In this document: positions 7,242 to 16,233 of the stretch, piece after piece
Position numbering within the stretch: the stretch's first letter is position 1
Layout of the letters: the number at the start of each line of letters is the position of its first letter
IMG/VR virus record: IMGVR_UViG_2778261382_000002
Origin: a virus
Taxonomy: Duplodnaviria; Heunggongvirae; Uroviricota; Caudoviricetes
DNA: 20,648 bases
Direction: 5' to 3' (one strand)
The notes under the pieces: model-generated
What the model was told of the DNA's origin: nothing
The model's input: only the letters and a program-made list of their open reading frames with translations
The model's database searches: none
Made by a program: the position numbers and the translations under genes

Positions 7242-8276
7242 ATGAGCGATTCGTTTACTACGTCAGAACTGATTACCGCGACACAGCAGGTATTTAAGTT
7301 CAATCCGTTGTTTTTAAATCTGTTTTTCCGTGAGACCTACACGTTTACGAGCGAAGAGGTTTTTCTGGATAAAATCCCGGGAAAAGTGAACATGGCCGTG
7401 TACTGCGCGCCGATGATCACCGGCAAAGTTGACCGCACTCGCGGCTATTCAACGAACCATTTCAAACCGGGTTACACGAAACCCAAGCACACGATCAATC
7501 CGAATATGAGCATCAAGCGCGCAGCCGGTGAGCAGATTGGCCAGCCGGAAACGCCGGTCGAACGTCGTGCAAAAATCATCATGCAGAACCTGCTTGATGA
7601 GGAACTGAGCATCAGCCAGCTCGAAGAGTTCCAGGCGGTACAGGCTGTTCTGTACGGTAAATACACTGTTTCCGGCAGCAATATCGAGACATATGAGATC
7701 GACATGAGCCGCAGCGCGACGAATAACGTCACTCAGTCCGGTTCGACAGCCTGGTCGACTCAGGACGCGGAAACGTATGACCCGAGCGACGATATTGAAT
7801 CCTACGCGGACCTCGCCTCCGGTGCGGTTAACGTGATCATCATGGATGGTAAAGCCTGGAAGCAGTTGAAGCGTTTTAAAAAATTCTGGACGGCACTGGA
7901 TACGCGCCGTGGCTCAAACAGCCAGCTCGAGGTCGCGCTGAAAAACCTGGGCGACGTTGTCAGCTTTAAAGGCTACTACGGCGACACTGCGCTGTTTGTC
8001 TACAAAGGGCAATACCTCGACCCGGTAACAGATACTGAAACGCGTTATATGCCGGATAACACGATGATCCTTGGCAACACAAAAAACCGCGGGCTCCGCA
8101 CTTATGGCGCAATTCAGGACGAAGACGCGCTGAAAGAGGGTATTTCCGAAGCGACGCGCTATCCAAAAGTCTGGACCACTACCGGTGATCCGGCAGTGAC
8201 GCAAACAATGACGCAATCCGCGCCAGCAATGGTCCTCACGGACGCCGACGCGTTCGTTGTCGTAAAAATCGCGTAA
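7242..8276 (+). CDS. Major capsid protein, lambda gpE-like
   Basis: 344 aa; FKFNPLFLNLFFRETYTFTSEEVFLDKIPG, PGYTKPKH, IIMQNLLDEELSISQLEEFQAVQAVLYGKYT, LDTRRGSNSQLE, PDNTMILGNT, LRTYGAIQDEDA and RYPKVWTTTGDPA closely parallel lambda gpE. Confidence 0.93.
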   Translation: MSDSFTTSELITATQQVFKFNPLFLNLFFRETYTFTSEEVFLDKIPGKVNMAVYCAPMITGKVDRTRGYSTNHFKPGYTKPKHTINPNMSIKRAAGEQIGQPETPVERRAKIIMQNLLDEELSISQLEEFQAVQAVLYGKYTVSGSNIETYEIDMSRSATNNVTQSGSTAWSTQDAETYDPSDDIESYADLASGAVNVIIMDGKAWKQLKRFKKFWTALDTRRGSNSQLEVALKNLGDVVSFKGYYGDTALFVYKGQYLDPVTDTETRYMPDNTMILGNTKNRGLRTYGAIQDEDALKEGISEATRYPKVWTTTGDPAVTQTMTQSAPAMVLTDADAFVVVKIA

Positions 8277-8296
8277 GAGTCGAAAGGCTCTTTTTT
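8277..8296 (+). terminator. Putative intrinsic terminator after the major capsid gene
   Basis: Stem GAGTC/GGCTC with GAAA tetraloop, followed by T6, immediately after the E stop. Confidence 0.45.
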
Positions 8297-8310
8297 GTTA
8301 AGGAATCAAC

Positions 8311-8730
8311 ATGAGCACAAAAACAGAATTGCTGGCGCGTATTGACGATATGAGCGCTCAGCTCGGTCGCGAATTACCGCGCAGCGGGACTATTGCGGAA
8401 CTGGAATCAATCGTTGCCGGCGCTGAGTCAGAGCTCGATATTCTGAACGAGCAATCCGGTGACGCGGGAGGCATCGAGATTACAGTGAATACTGCGTCCG
8501 GGACCGATAATGAACTCGCTCAATCAATCGCGAGCGCTATCGTTTCACAGTCACAAGAGCAGGAGCTCGCACCGGCTACGCGCCGCGTCAAGTTGCGTAA
8601 CACGCTGGACGTTTATCACTACGTGAACGGGCGTCGCGTTCGCGAGATTGTTGCCGCAGGCCGTGAAATTGTTGTTGATTCACCGGAGGTCGCAGACCTT
8701 ATCGCAGCTGATCACGTTTACGCTCTATGA
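8311..8730 (+). CDS. DNA-packaging accessory protein, lambda gpFI-like
   Basis: 139 aa; N-terminus MSTKTELLARIDDMSAQLGRELPRSGTIAELESIVAGAESELD parallels lambda gpFI (MTKDELIARLRSLGEQLNRDVSLTGTKEELALRVAELKEELDD). Position after E as in lambda. Confidence 0.7.
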   Translation: MSTKTELLARIDDMSAQLGRELPRSGTIAELESIVAGAESELDILNEQSGDAGGIEITVNTASGTDNELAQSIASAIVSQSQEQELAPATRRVKLRNTLDVYHYVNGRRVREIVAAGREIVVDSPEVADLIAADHVYAL

Positions 8731-9107
8731 GCTACTACGATGACCTCCGGGCCGGCGACGAGGAGATGATCCGTGAGTGGGGACGGCCCGTTAAATTACG
8801 CGGTAAAACCGACCCCATTATCGCTATTTTCAACGAGCCTTACGCGCGCGTTGACGTTCCTCACGCTGGTTTTATTACCGGTACAGTAACGAGCCTGACG
8901 GCGTTCTCGGACGACGTCGCTGGCGTTGTTGCGCGTGACGTCGTCCAGGTTCCAAAGCAGCGCAGCATCGAACCTGACGGCTCTGTTACCTGGTCTGGCT
9001 GGACCGATTACGTGGTTAAAGAGCCTCAACCTGATGGCACAGGGCTCACGAATATTTTTTTAGAGCCTCACACGTCCAGCGAAAACAGCGAGTATTCAAA
9101 ATACTAA
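8727..9107 (+). CDS. Head-tail joining / head completion protein, lambda gpFII-like
   Basis: 126 aa; ATGA-coupled to FI; overall pattern resembles lambda gpFII; position conserved. Confidence 0.55.
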   Translation: MSYYDDLRAGDEEMIREWGRPVKLRGKTDPIIAIFNEPYARVDVPHAGFITGTVTSLTAFSDDVAGVVARDVVQVPKQRSIEPDGSVTWSGWTDYVVKEPQPDGTGLTNIFLEPHTSSENSEYSKY

Positions 9108-9138
9108 GTGGGACCTCGGTCCCACTTAAGGGGGAACC

Positions 9139-9819
9139 GTGGCCGATTTACGTAGTAACGCGCAGATGTTCGATATCGATGTTTCGGCGCTGGAGCAGCT
9201 CAGAGTCGAAATCAGCGCGACGCAACATCAAATGTTAATGGTATACAACAGGGCGCTGAACCGAACTGCAAAACATATGCACCGAATTTCAGCAGGAATG
9301 ATTTTGACTGCACTGGCAGCTAAAAATCATAAGGCCGTAGATAAACGAATCAAGCCGTTCATTAAGCGCCGTAATTTTACAAAAGAAGGGGCAGGAGACC
9401 TGAGCAGCGCCAAGCTCTGGTACGGTCTGAATGATTTCCGGGTATCTGAGCTAAAGGGGCGATTACAAAATCCACGGAGGCAAAAACAGCCTCGCGATCT
9501 TGAGACCGGCCTGTTTTTGAAAACCAAAAAAGGCGCTAGAGGGGCAACTTTTACACCCAAAAGTGCAGGGCTGGCGATGATGAGTTGGCCCGATTCATTC
9601 GTAGCGAAACGCTACGGTGCGAAAAGTGTCTGGATTCGACTGGATCGCGGAGGAATCGAAGAGGCTCGCGTACCTGTGCACGACGCGCTGGAGGATGCTA
9701 TCGATGATTATATTTTTGAAAACATTGGCCCTGTTTTTATGGGCTTTTTTGAGAAAGATTTGCGCGGTCGCGTGAAAGGTAATGTCCACGTAGACCCAAA
9801 AACAGGTAAACGATTATGA
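9139..9819 (+). CDS. Putative head-tail connector or tail completion protein (position of lambda Z / P2 R-S)
   Basis: 226 aa, GTG start preceded by strong SD AAGGGGG; basic protein between head-completion and baseplate genes. Function inferred from position only. Confidence 0.4.
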   Translation: MADLRSNAQMFDIDVSALEQLRVEISATQHQMLMVYNRALNRTAKHMHRISAGMILTALAAKNHKAVDKRIKPFIKRRNFTKEGAGDLSSAKLWYGLNDFRVSELKGRLQNPRRQKQPRDLETGLFLKTKKGARGATFTPKSAGLAMMSWPDSFVAKRYGAKSVWIRLDRGGIEEARVPVHDALEDAIDDYIFENIGPVFMGFFEKDLRGRVKGNVHVDPKTGKRL

Positions 9820-10352
9820 GCGGACTGGATGCATTTGACGAATATCTTGATCGCGTTAAAGGCGCGGTTTTACAAATACCGTTCATCAAAACATTCGGAA
9901 TTTATCCGGAAATTCCGGCTGGATTTGAAACGCCAGCTCTGTTCCTGGAAATCAGCAACTGGTCACAGAGTGACGAATCGGTTCCAGGCTCAATTCAGTC
10001 AGTCGAGCTGTCGTGTAATTTGTATTTGCTGCGTGAATTTGCAGCTGATCAGTACGGACTGAAATCGCAGAATGCAGCGCTCTATATGACGAGCTGGATC
10101 AATGGGCGAATGTTCGGTCCCGGAACTAAACCGGCAAAATTCAGCGACGCGGAACCGTGCGACTGGATTAAAAACGGGCAGTCAGTCGGTTCGCATTCAG
10201 TTCAGTGCGTGTCGTTCACGCAGGTTGTAGGCGTTGGTCCAGATATTTTCGATTATCCCTCACAGGGGACCCTGAAAAATATATACGTCGGAATAGCACC
10301 AGATATCGGCGCAGAACATGAGGGCGACTATTATGGCCCAATCGGACGATGA
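9816..10352 (+). CDS. Putative tail completion / tail terminator protein (position of P2 gpR-S / lambda gpU)
   Basis: 178 aa, ATGA-coupled to the upstream gene, immediately precedes the baseplate spike gene. Function inferred from position only. Confidence 0.4.
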   Translation: MSGLDAFDEYLDRVKGAVLQIPFIKTFGIYPEIPAGFETPALFLEISNWSQSDESVPGSIQSVELSCNLYLLREFAADQYGLKSQNAALYMTSWINGRMFGPGTKPAKFSDAEPCDWIKNGQSVGSHSVQCVSFTQVVGVGPDIFDYPSQGTLKNIYVGIAPDIGAEHEGDYYGPIGR

Positions 10353-11235
10353 ATATGCTGCAGCGGAGAACGCGCGCAGGCTGCGTGACGCAGTTAAACG
10401 CGGCACGATAGCTGCAGTTAAAATGAATCCTCCACGCTGCCGAGTCTCATTTGGTGGCGAACACCAGTCAGGCTGGCTGCAGTGGTTTACTCACGCCACC
10501 TCAGAACGCGTCGACTGGAGCGCACCATCAGTGGGCGATCCCGTTACTGTTGTTTCTGAGGGTGGGGATACGCGGAACGGTGTAGTTATGCTCGGGCTGC
10601 ACATTGACGACAAAGCTCCGTCAAGCAATGACCCCCATGATCATGTCACTGCATACTGTGACGGGGCTACGATGACGTATAACACAAAAAATCACACTCT
10701 GACATGGCAGGGCGTACCGGACGGCGTGGTAAAAATACTCGGTGAGTCTGAAATAGAAATATTTGGACGCGCAGATGTTACTATTAATAGCGAAAATGTA
10801 GTTAATATCCATGGTGGGAAATTAATTAACGCAGACGCTGATATTATTAATGTCACAGCGACAGATACAATTAACGCACATGCTGATTTAGTGAACGTTA
10901 TAGCAACGAGTTCTGTTAGTGTTACTGCTGCGAACAGAATATCGCTGACAGCTCAAACAATCAGCGCGTGGGCTCCGGGTGGTATAACACTAGCTGGTCC
11001 AACGCATATTACCGAGACATTAGTAGTAGATAAATTAGCGACATTCCGTAACGATATTTCTGTCACTGGAGATAACGGTGGAACAGGTAATATCACAACT
11101 CGCGGTAGTGTGTTAGCAGGGCAAGAGGTGCAGGACCGACAAGGCACAATGACTGAGGTCCGCACAACGTACAACGGACACACTCATATATGTCCGGACG
11201 GGGAAACACAACAACCGAACCAACCAATGGCGTAA
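10333..11235 (+). CDS. Baseplate central spike protein, P2 gpV-like
   Basis: N-terminal region CRVSFGGEHQSGWLQWFTHATS...WSAPSVGDPV parallels P2 gpV; C-terminal beta-helix-like repeats (VTINSENVVNIHGGKLINADADIINVTATDTINAHADLVNV) and an apex HxH motif (YNGHTHICPDG). ATG 10333 has GAGGG 8 nt upstream; the ATG at 10318 is an alternative start. Confidence 0.85.
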   Translation: MAQSDDEYAAAENARRLRDAVKRGTIAAVKMNPPRCRVSFGGEHQSGWLQWFTHATSERVDWSAPSVGDPVTVVSEGGDTRNGVVMLGLHIDDKAPSSNDPHDHVTAYCDGATMTYNTKNHTLTWQGVPDGVVKILGESEIEIFGRADVTINSENVVNIHGGKLINADADIINVTATDTINAHADLVNVIATSSVSVTAANRISLTAQTISAWAPGGITLAGPTHITETLVVDKLATFRNDISVTGDNGGTGNITTRGSVLAGQEVQDRQGTMTEVRTTYNGHTHICPDGETQQPNQPMA

Positions 11236-11237
11236 AT

Positions 11238-11579
11238 ATGCTTGGAATGGACCGTAACACCGGTAAGCCTTTATCGGGGACTGATCACATTTGTCAGTCT
11301 ATCGTTGATATTTTAACGACCCCGCTGGGAACCCGTGTAATGTTGCCGGAATACGGCAGCAAATTATTTGACCTCGTTGATAATCCCACTGATCCGTCGC
11401 TTGCTATGAGAATAATAATGGAAAGTGCAGGAGCAATAGCACGCTGGGAACCACGCGTCAGAATTGACAGAATAAATGTGTTAGCAGTGGACATCGGGAA
11501 AATAACAATATTAATTATCGCAACAGATATCGAAACACAACAGCGATTAGAGTTTAATAATATGGAACTGATATTTTGA
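11238..11579 (+). CDS. Baseplate wedge protein, P2 gpW / T4 gp25-like
   Basis: MLGMDRNTGKPLSGTDHICQSIVDILTTPLGTRVMLPEYGSKLFDLVDNP parallels P2 gpW (YLGMNRSDG...HISQSIGDILRTPVGSRVMRRDYGS). Start chosen by alignment; the track ORF begins at 11190. Confidence 0.85.
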   Translation: MLGMDRNTGKPLSGTDHICQSIVDILTTPLGTRVMLPEYGSKLFDLVDNPTDPSLAMRIIMESAGAIARWEPRVRIDRINVLAVDIGKITILIIATDIETQQRLEFNNMELIF

Positions 11580-12496
11580 TAACATCAACAGTTCAGAATT
11601 CGATAGTGAAAACTATTGATATGAGTCTGCTGCCGCCGCCAGCATTCGTTAAAACCCCATTATTTTCAGATGTTAAATCCAGTCTACTGTCAGAATTGCA
11701 GATATTATATCCACAATTTAACGCACTCCTGGAGTCAGACCCGGCCGTTAAACTGCTGGAAATAGTTGCATACAGAGAAATCATTATTACAGCTCGGGTA
11801 AATCAGGGGATGCTCGCTGTATTGCTCGCGTTTGCAAAAGGGAGTGACCTCGACCAGATCGGCGCTAATTTTGACTGCCTGCGGCTGTTGATAACGCCAG
11901 CTAATCCTGACGCAATTCCTCCGACTGAGGGGGTTTACGAGAGTGACGACGAGTATCGTCATCGCATACAGCTATCATGGTACGCGCGGAATACTGCCGG
12001 CAGTACGAACGCCTATAACTATTTCGCGCTGTCGAGTGATCCCGACGTTCTGTCAGCTCAGGCGTACGGCCCGCCGGTGACCCAGCCTGGATACGTCGAT
12101 ATGTATGTTTTGTCGCGAACCGGCGACGGCACTCCGCCTCAATCACTACTGAATACAGTGAATGCGGCCCTGTCTCCTGACGATACTCGACCGCTGACTG
12201 ATTTCGTGACTGTAAAACCTGCGTCGAACCTGAATTACCGGGTTGAAGCCGTTATCGTAGCGGGGCTCGGTCCCGATCAGAACGTGTTGCTCAACGGTGC
12301 TCAAAGCGATTTAGCTATATACGTGGCTACACAACATAAAATCGGGGCGACAGCAGCCCTGTCAGGAATTTACGACGCGATACATCGTGACGGAACGGAG
12401 CGTGTGATTCTGATATCGCCAACAGAGGATGTGATTGCTGGCGTCGGACAGGCTCCGTACTGCACAGAAATCAAACTCAGCGTGCAAATGGGGTAG
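11576..12496 (+). CDS. Baseplate assembly protein, P2 gpJ-like
   Basis: 306 aa; KLLEIVAYREIIITARVNQ, DLDQIGANFDCLRLLITPA and ESDDEYRHRIQLS parallel P2 gpJ. The track start at 11576 is TTG; the ATG at 11621 (MSLLPPPAF) is a plausible alternative. Confidence 0.88.
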   Translation: MITSTVQNSIVKTIDMSLLPPPAFVKTPLFSDVKSSLLSELQILYPQFNALLESDPAVKLLEIVAYREIIITARVNQGMLAVLLAFAKGSDLDQIGANFDCLRLLITPANPDAIPPTEGVYESDDEYRHRIQLSWYARNTAGSTNAYNYFALSSDPDVLSAQAYGPPVTQPGYVDMYVLSRTGDGTPPQSLLNTVNAALSPDDTRPLTDFVTVKPASNLNYRVEAVIVAGLGPDQNVLLNGAQSDLAIYVATQHKIGATAALSGIYDAIHRDGTERVILISPTEDVIAGVGQAPYCTEIKLSVQMG

Positions 12497-12498
12497 CC

Positions 12499-13125
12499 AT
12501 GACAAGTCAAAGCGTACTGCCTCCGAACGCAATAACCCCTGAGAGGGCGCTTGAGGTTGTTTTATCTCACGTCGGCGATCTGCCTGGCGATATTCGAATT
12601 ATTAAAAATCCCGATTTGTGCCCTGCAAATCTGTTGCCGTGGCTGGCGTGGGAGTACGCGGTCACCTACTGGAACCCCGACTGGAGCGAGCAGCAAAAAC
12701 GCGAAATTATTAAGGCCGCAGCCTGGCAAAATAAACATCGCGGCACGCGTGGTGCCGTCGAACGAGCATTATTAACGGTGGGATTTGAGAGCAAAATGAG
12801 AGAGTGGTTTGAAGCCACGCCCAGGGACGACCCGTATACATTCGCAATTAAAATATATCTGCTAAAAAGTATAGGGTTAGATTTAGAACTATTGAATACC
12901 TTTATTGCACAAATATTTGATGCAAAAAATTGCCGTTCCTTATTAAAAGAAATAAATTTTGAAACGGGTGTCGATGGTGAATTTTTTATAGCTGGTGCGC
13001 CTTACGCGAAAATAGGCGTAAATATCCCAGCAGACGGCGACGGCGGTGTAAAAATTAACGGCGGGCTATATATATCAGGCTCGCCAATTGTGAGTTTGTT
13101 AGTGGAGATAGGACCTAATGGCTAA
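12499..13125 (+). CDS. Baseplate / tail protein, P2 gpI-like
   Basis: 208 aa immediately after gpJ in conserved order; LLPWLAWEYAVTYWNPDWSEQQKREII is typical of the gpI family. Confidence 0.8.
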   Translation: MTSQSVLPPNAITPERALEVVLSHVGDLPGDIRIIKNPDLCPANLLPWLAWEYAVTYWNPDWSEQQKREIIKAAAWQNKHRGTRGAVERALLTVGFESKMREWFEATPRDDPYTFAIKIYLLKSIGLDLELLNTFIAQIFDAKNCRSLLKEINFETGVDGEFFIAGAPYAKIGVNIPADGDGGVKINGGLYISGSPIVSLLVEIGPNG

Positions 13126-14329
13126 ATTAAAATCAAATCTGAAAGCGAGCGCGAGCCAGGTTTATGCGGTACTGACAGACCGGGGGGCGCAACTTGAAGC
13201 CGCTGCGCTGGCATCGGGTGTACCCGTGGTGCTGAATAAATTCGTTATTGGCGACGCAAACGGAAACGACGACGTAACACCGGACCCGGCACGAACTGCA
13301 TTAATTCACGAGACGTATCGTGGGGATATTAAATCCGCAGAAAATAGCGGTAACCAGGTTATCTTTACACTTTACGTACCGCCAGACACTGGGGGCTATA
13401 CTATCCGTGAGGTGGGGATATTAACAGATAAAGGCGAGCTGTACTCTGTGGCGCGCTCGCCGGACATTTTAAAACCTACGGACAGCAACGGTGCGCTGAT
13501 TTCAATCACGTATAAATACACACTCGCGGTGTCCAGCACATCTACGGTTAATGTTGTAGTATATGACAACTACGTAACTCCCGAGGAAGCTGACAAAAAA
13601 TATTTGCAGATAAGTAAAAACTTATCTGAAATTCCCGCAAATGGTGAAACTGCTCAGCAGGCTGCGCGGAAAAATATTGGTATAGATGGGGACGTTGCAT
13701 ATAGAGATAAGGGTAATGCATTTACTCATCCAAATACTTTTAAAGATGATGTGATTTTTGAAGACGTTTTATCCTCTAAAAAACAAATAAATATAAACAA
13801 ACCGGGCACTGATTTGACGTTGTTTTCACTTGCTGGTTTATCAGATGTGTCGGGCGATTATTTAGATTTTTCGACCCGTGGAGAAAACAATCAGAAGGTT
13901 TTTTATAGATTACGCGGAGTTCACTATGATGGCCTGGTATTACTGTGTGGCGGAATGACGTATAAATACTGGAATGAGGCTAATCTTAAACCGGTTAAAA
14001 CGATTAACGGGGAGTCGCCGGATGAAAATGGCAACATAGATATAAGTCTTTCACCGGACCCATCACCGGAAATAGGTGTTGTTGGCGCGGTTAATACTTA
14101 TGCGCTTGTCGCTATTAATCATGCACCACAAATACTACCGGGCTCCATATGGGCTGGAGGTGATTTATATTACGCTAGTATAAATAATACCGGTTCATAT
14201 AACACGGATATTGCCACAAAACCATTTTATGACACACCCCTTGTTGGCTCATGGCGAGCTATGGCGTATTCACCAGGCGGGGTCGGTGATATTGGGACTG
14301 CCTGTTTTTTAGCTATTAGGATTGCGTAA
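13118..14329 (+). CDS. Tail fiber protein (P2 gpH-like N-terminal domain, divergent A+T-rich C-terminal receptor-binding region)
   Basis: N-terminal roughly 150 aa (VIGDANGNDDVTPDPARTALIHETYRGDI...YVPPDTGGYTIREVGILTDKGELYSVA) parallel the P2 gpH N-terminus. The C-terminal roughly 250 aa are unrelated and visibly more A+T-rich. Confidence 0.85.
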   Translation: MAKLKSNLKASASQVYAVLTDRGAQLEAAALASGVPVVLNKFVIGDANGNDDVTPDPARTALIHETYRGDIKSAENSGNQVIFTLYVPPDTGGYTIREVGILTDKGELYSVARSPDILKPTDSNGALISITYKYTLAVSSTSTVNVVVYDNYVTPEEADKKYLQISKNLSEIPANGETAQQAARKNIGIDGDVAYRDKGNAFTHPNTFKDDVIFEDVLSSKKQININKPGTDLTLFSLAGLSDVSGDYLDFSTRGENNQKVFYRLRGVHYDGLVLLCGGMTYKYWNEANLKPVKTINGESPDENGNIDISLSPDPSPEIGVVGAVNTYALVAINHAPQILPGSIWAGGDLYYASINNTGSYNTDIATKPFYDTPLVGSWRAMAYSPGGVGDIGTACFLAIRIA

Positions 14330-14619
14330 TGATAAGTGTTGATTCATTTAGAAAAATAACAAACCCTGTTTTTAATGACGAGCATGGGTTATCTATAAAT
14401 ATTATTTGCGATATTGACGGGATTGGAAACGACATTCCATTCACCGCAATGAAAAATGATTGCGAGGAACACGGTAGGGTTTTATATGAAAGAGCGCTGA
14501 GCGGGGATTATGGGAGCATTTCTAAATTTGTAAAAAAGAGCAGACGCAAAAACTCCAGACTACATTACGGACTGTTGGCGATCTGTCAATTGAGGCATTC
14601 TCAATTCAGTGTGCAGTAG
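14329..14619 (+). CDS. Putative tail fiber assembly chaperone (possibly frameshifted; continuation 14526-14717 in another frame)
   Basis: TAATG-coupled to the fiber gene, in the expected Tfa position. A second frame open from 14526 to the TGA at 14715-14717 encodes ...SIQCAVDAGTASDAQIENLAELKEAIATRIGENREGIK, which resembles Tfa C-terminal motifs; the frames meet at an A6 tract (14532-14537). Confidence 0.45.
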   Translation: MISVDSFRKITNPVFNDEHGLSINIICDIDGIGNDIPFTAMKNDCEEHGRVLYERALSGDYGSISKFVKKSRRKNSRLHYGLLAICQLRHSQFSVQ

Positions 14620-14713
14620 ATGCCGGAACCGCATCTGACGCGCAAATCGAAAACTTGGCCGAGCTTAAAGAAGCAATAGCGACGCGAATTGGTGAAAATA
14701 GAGAAGGAATAAA

Positions 14714-16216
14714 ATGAGCGTAACTAATTTTTTGCACGGTATTCGCACGCTCGAATACGACGACGGCACAAAAGAGATCAACACAGTAGATATTTCCGTG
14801 ATTGGGATTGTTGGTACTGCGACGAACGTCGCGGAGGCTACGAGAGCATCATTAACGTGGGGCTCATCGCTGGCTGATAATCTCGTTGAGTTTTCAACTG
14901 TATCACCGGGCAGCGACGGGAATAAATGGGTTGTTGAAATTGTAGATATGACAGTTGAGGGCGCAACCTGCACTCCAGGATATAGCACGCTGCCCGACGG
15001 AACAAAAAAATTAACGATGATTACGGAGCCGGGAATGACCCCCGGCAAAATGTATGATCAGAATCAGGAATATAGAGAGGGGAAAACAGACGGAGAGTGG
15101 ATTAATGTAACTTTTGGTGGCGAGCATTCCGGAACCGGTACAGTATTTGGTCTTCCACCAACAAATTTATCAGGTGGAACAGATGACGCATTCCCGATTA
15201 ATTCTCCTGTATTAATTGCAGGTAGTCAGAAGAAAGCCGCCCTGCTCGGGAAATACGGGACTCTGCCCCCCGCTATTTCTGATATTTTAAATCAGACTGA
15301 TGCATTAATCGTTGTTGTTCGCGTTGTAGAGAGTAGCGACGACGCTGATATGAGCGAAAATGTTATCGCCGGAATTAATTCGCTTTTGACGTCAGCGCAA
15401 ATTAACGAAGTTACCCCGCGAATTATTATAGCGCCGGATTACAGCGCACGAGACGAAATAGCGGCTCAGCTTGAAGTGGTTGCAAATAAACTCCGGGGAG
15501 TGTGTTATATCGACTCTCCGCGCGCTGCTACCCCTGCAGACGTTGTGAATCGCAGGCAAAAACTCGGCGGACGCGCTGAGTTGTTGCGACCTCGCGTTTA
15601 TTCTACGAGTGATGTCAGTGGGTTATCTCGTCCGTATTCAGCTATCGCTGCTGGTTTACGAGCCCGAATTGATAATGAAAAAGGATTCTGGTGGAGTAAA
15701 TCGAACCAGAATATCTACGGAGTTACAGGGCTTGAACAAGTCGACGATTTTATTATTGGTGAGACAAACTGCACAGCGAACCTGCTGAATGCCAGCCAGG
15801 TCAGCACGATTATTCGCTATGACGGGTTCAGACACTGGGGTAACTATTTGTGCAGCCTCAGCCCGCAATGGTCTTTCGAGAGCGTTCGTCGAACAGCTGA
15901 CGTAATTGAGGATTCTATAGCCCGGGCAATGATGACCGATTTTATTGTTCGTCCGATAGACCTGCACCTCGGAACAGACGTTGTCGAGTCGATAAACGCA
16001 TATCTGCACAAATTAGAGGAGCAGGGTGCGATTAACGGAGGGCGTGCGTGGTTAGACAGTGAGCTGAATACAAAAGAAAGCCTGGCTGCGGGTAATCTTT
16101 ATATTAATGTTGATTTTGGTCCGAAATCTCCGGCACAAACAATTACGTTAATGTACCGCATTAATAATGACTATACAGTTGAAGCACTGGCCTCCCTTTT
16201 TAAAGAAGCAGCCTGA
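14714..16216 (+). CDS. Contractile tail sheath protein, P2 gpFI-like
   Basis: 500 aa; VIGIVGTA near the N-terminus and the C-terminal GFWWSKSNQNIYGVTG...TIIRYDGFRHWGNYLCS...LYINVDFGP parallel P2 FI. Confidence 0.92.
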   Translation: MSVTNFLHGIRTLEYDDGTKEINTVDISVIGIVGTATNVAEATRASLTWGSSLADNLVEFSTVSPGSDGNKWVVEIVDMTVEGATCTPGYSTLPDGTKKLTMITEPGMTPGKMYDQNQEYREGKTDGEWINVTFGGEHSGTGTVFGLPPTNLSGGTDDAFPINSPVLIAGSQKKAALLGKYGTLPPAISDILNQTDALIVVVRVVESSDDADMSENVIAGINSLLTSAQINEVTPRIIIAPDYSARDEIAAQLEVVANKLRGVCYIDSPRAATPADVVNRRQKLGGRAELLRPRVYSTSDVSGLSRPYSAIAAGLRARIDNEKGFWWSKSNQNIYGVTGLEQVDDFIIGETNCTANLLNASQVSTIIRYDGFRHWGNYLCSLSPQWSFESVRRTADVIEDSIARAMMTDFIVRPIDLHLGTDVVESINAYLHKLEEQGAINGGRAWLDSELNTKESLAAGNLYINVDFGPKSPAQTITLMYRINNDYTVEALASLFKEAA

Positions 16217-16233
16217 TAATTCGGAGATTAAAT

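Noticed and set aside
5490-8216. Antisense and alternative-frame ORFs within the C, D and E genes (for example 5490-5816, 5839-6102, 6099-6494, 6392-6745, 7472-7732, 7914-8216)
   Set aside because: They overlap strongly supported lambda-like head genes on the + strand; no independent support.
14617-14635. Hairpin AGATGC-N7-GCATCT between the fiber chaperone and sheath genes as a terminator
   Set aside because: Only a 6-bp stem, no downstream T tract, and it lies within the probable chaperone C-terminal coding frame; more likely a coincidental palindrome.
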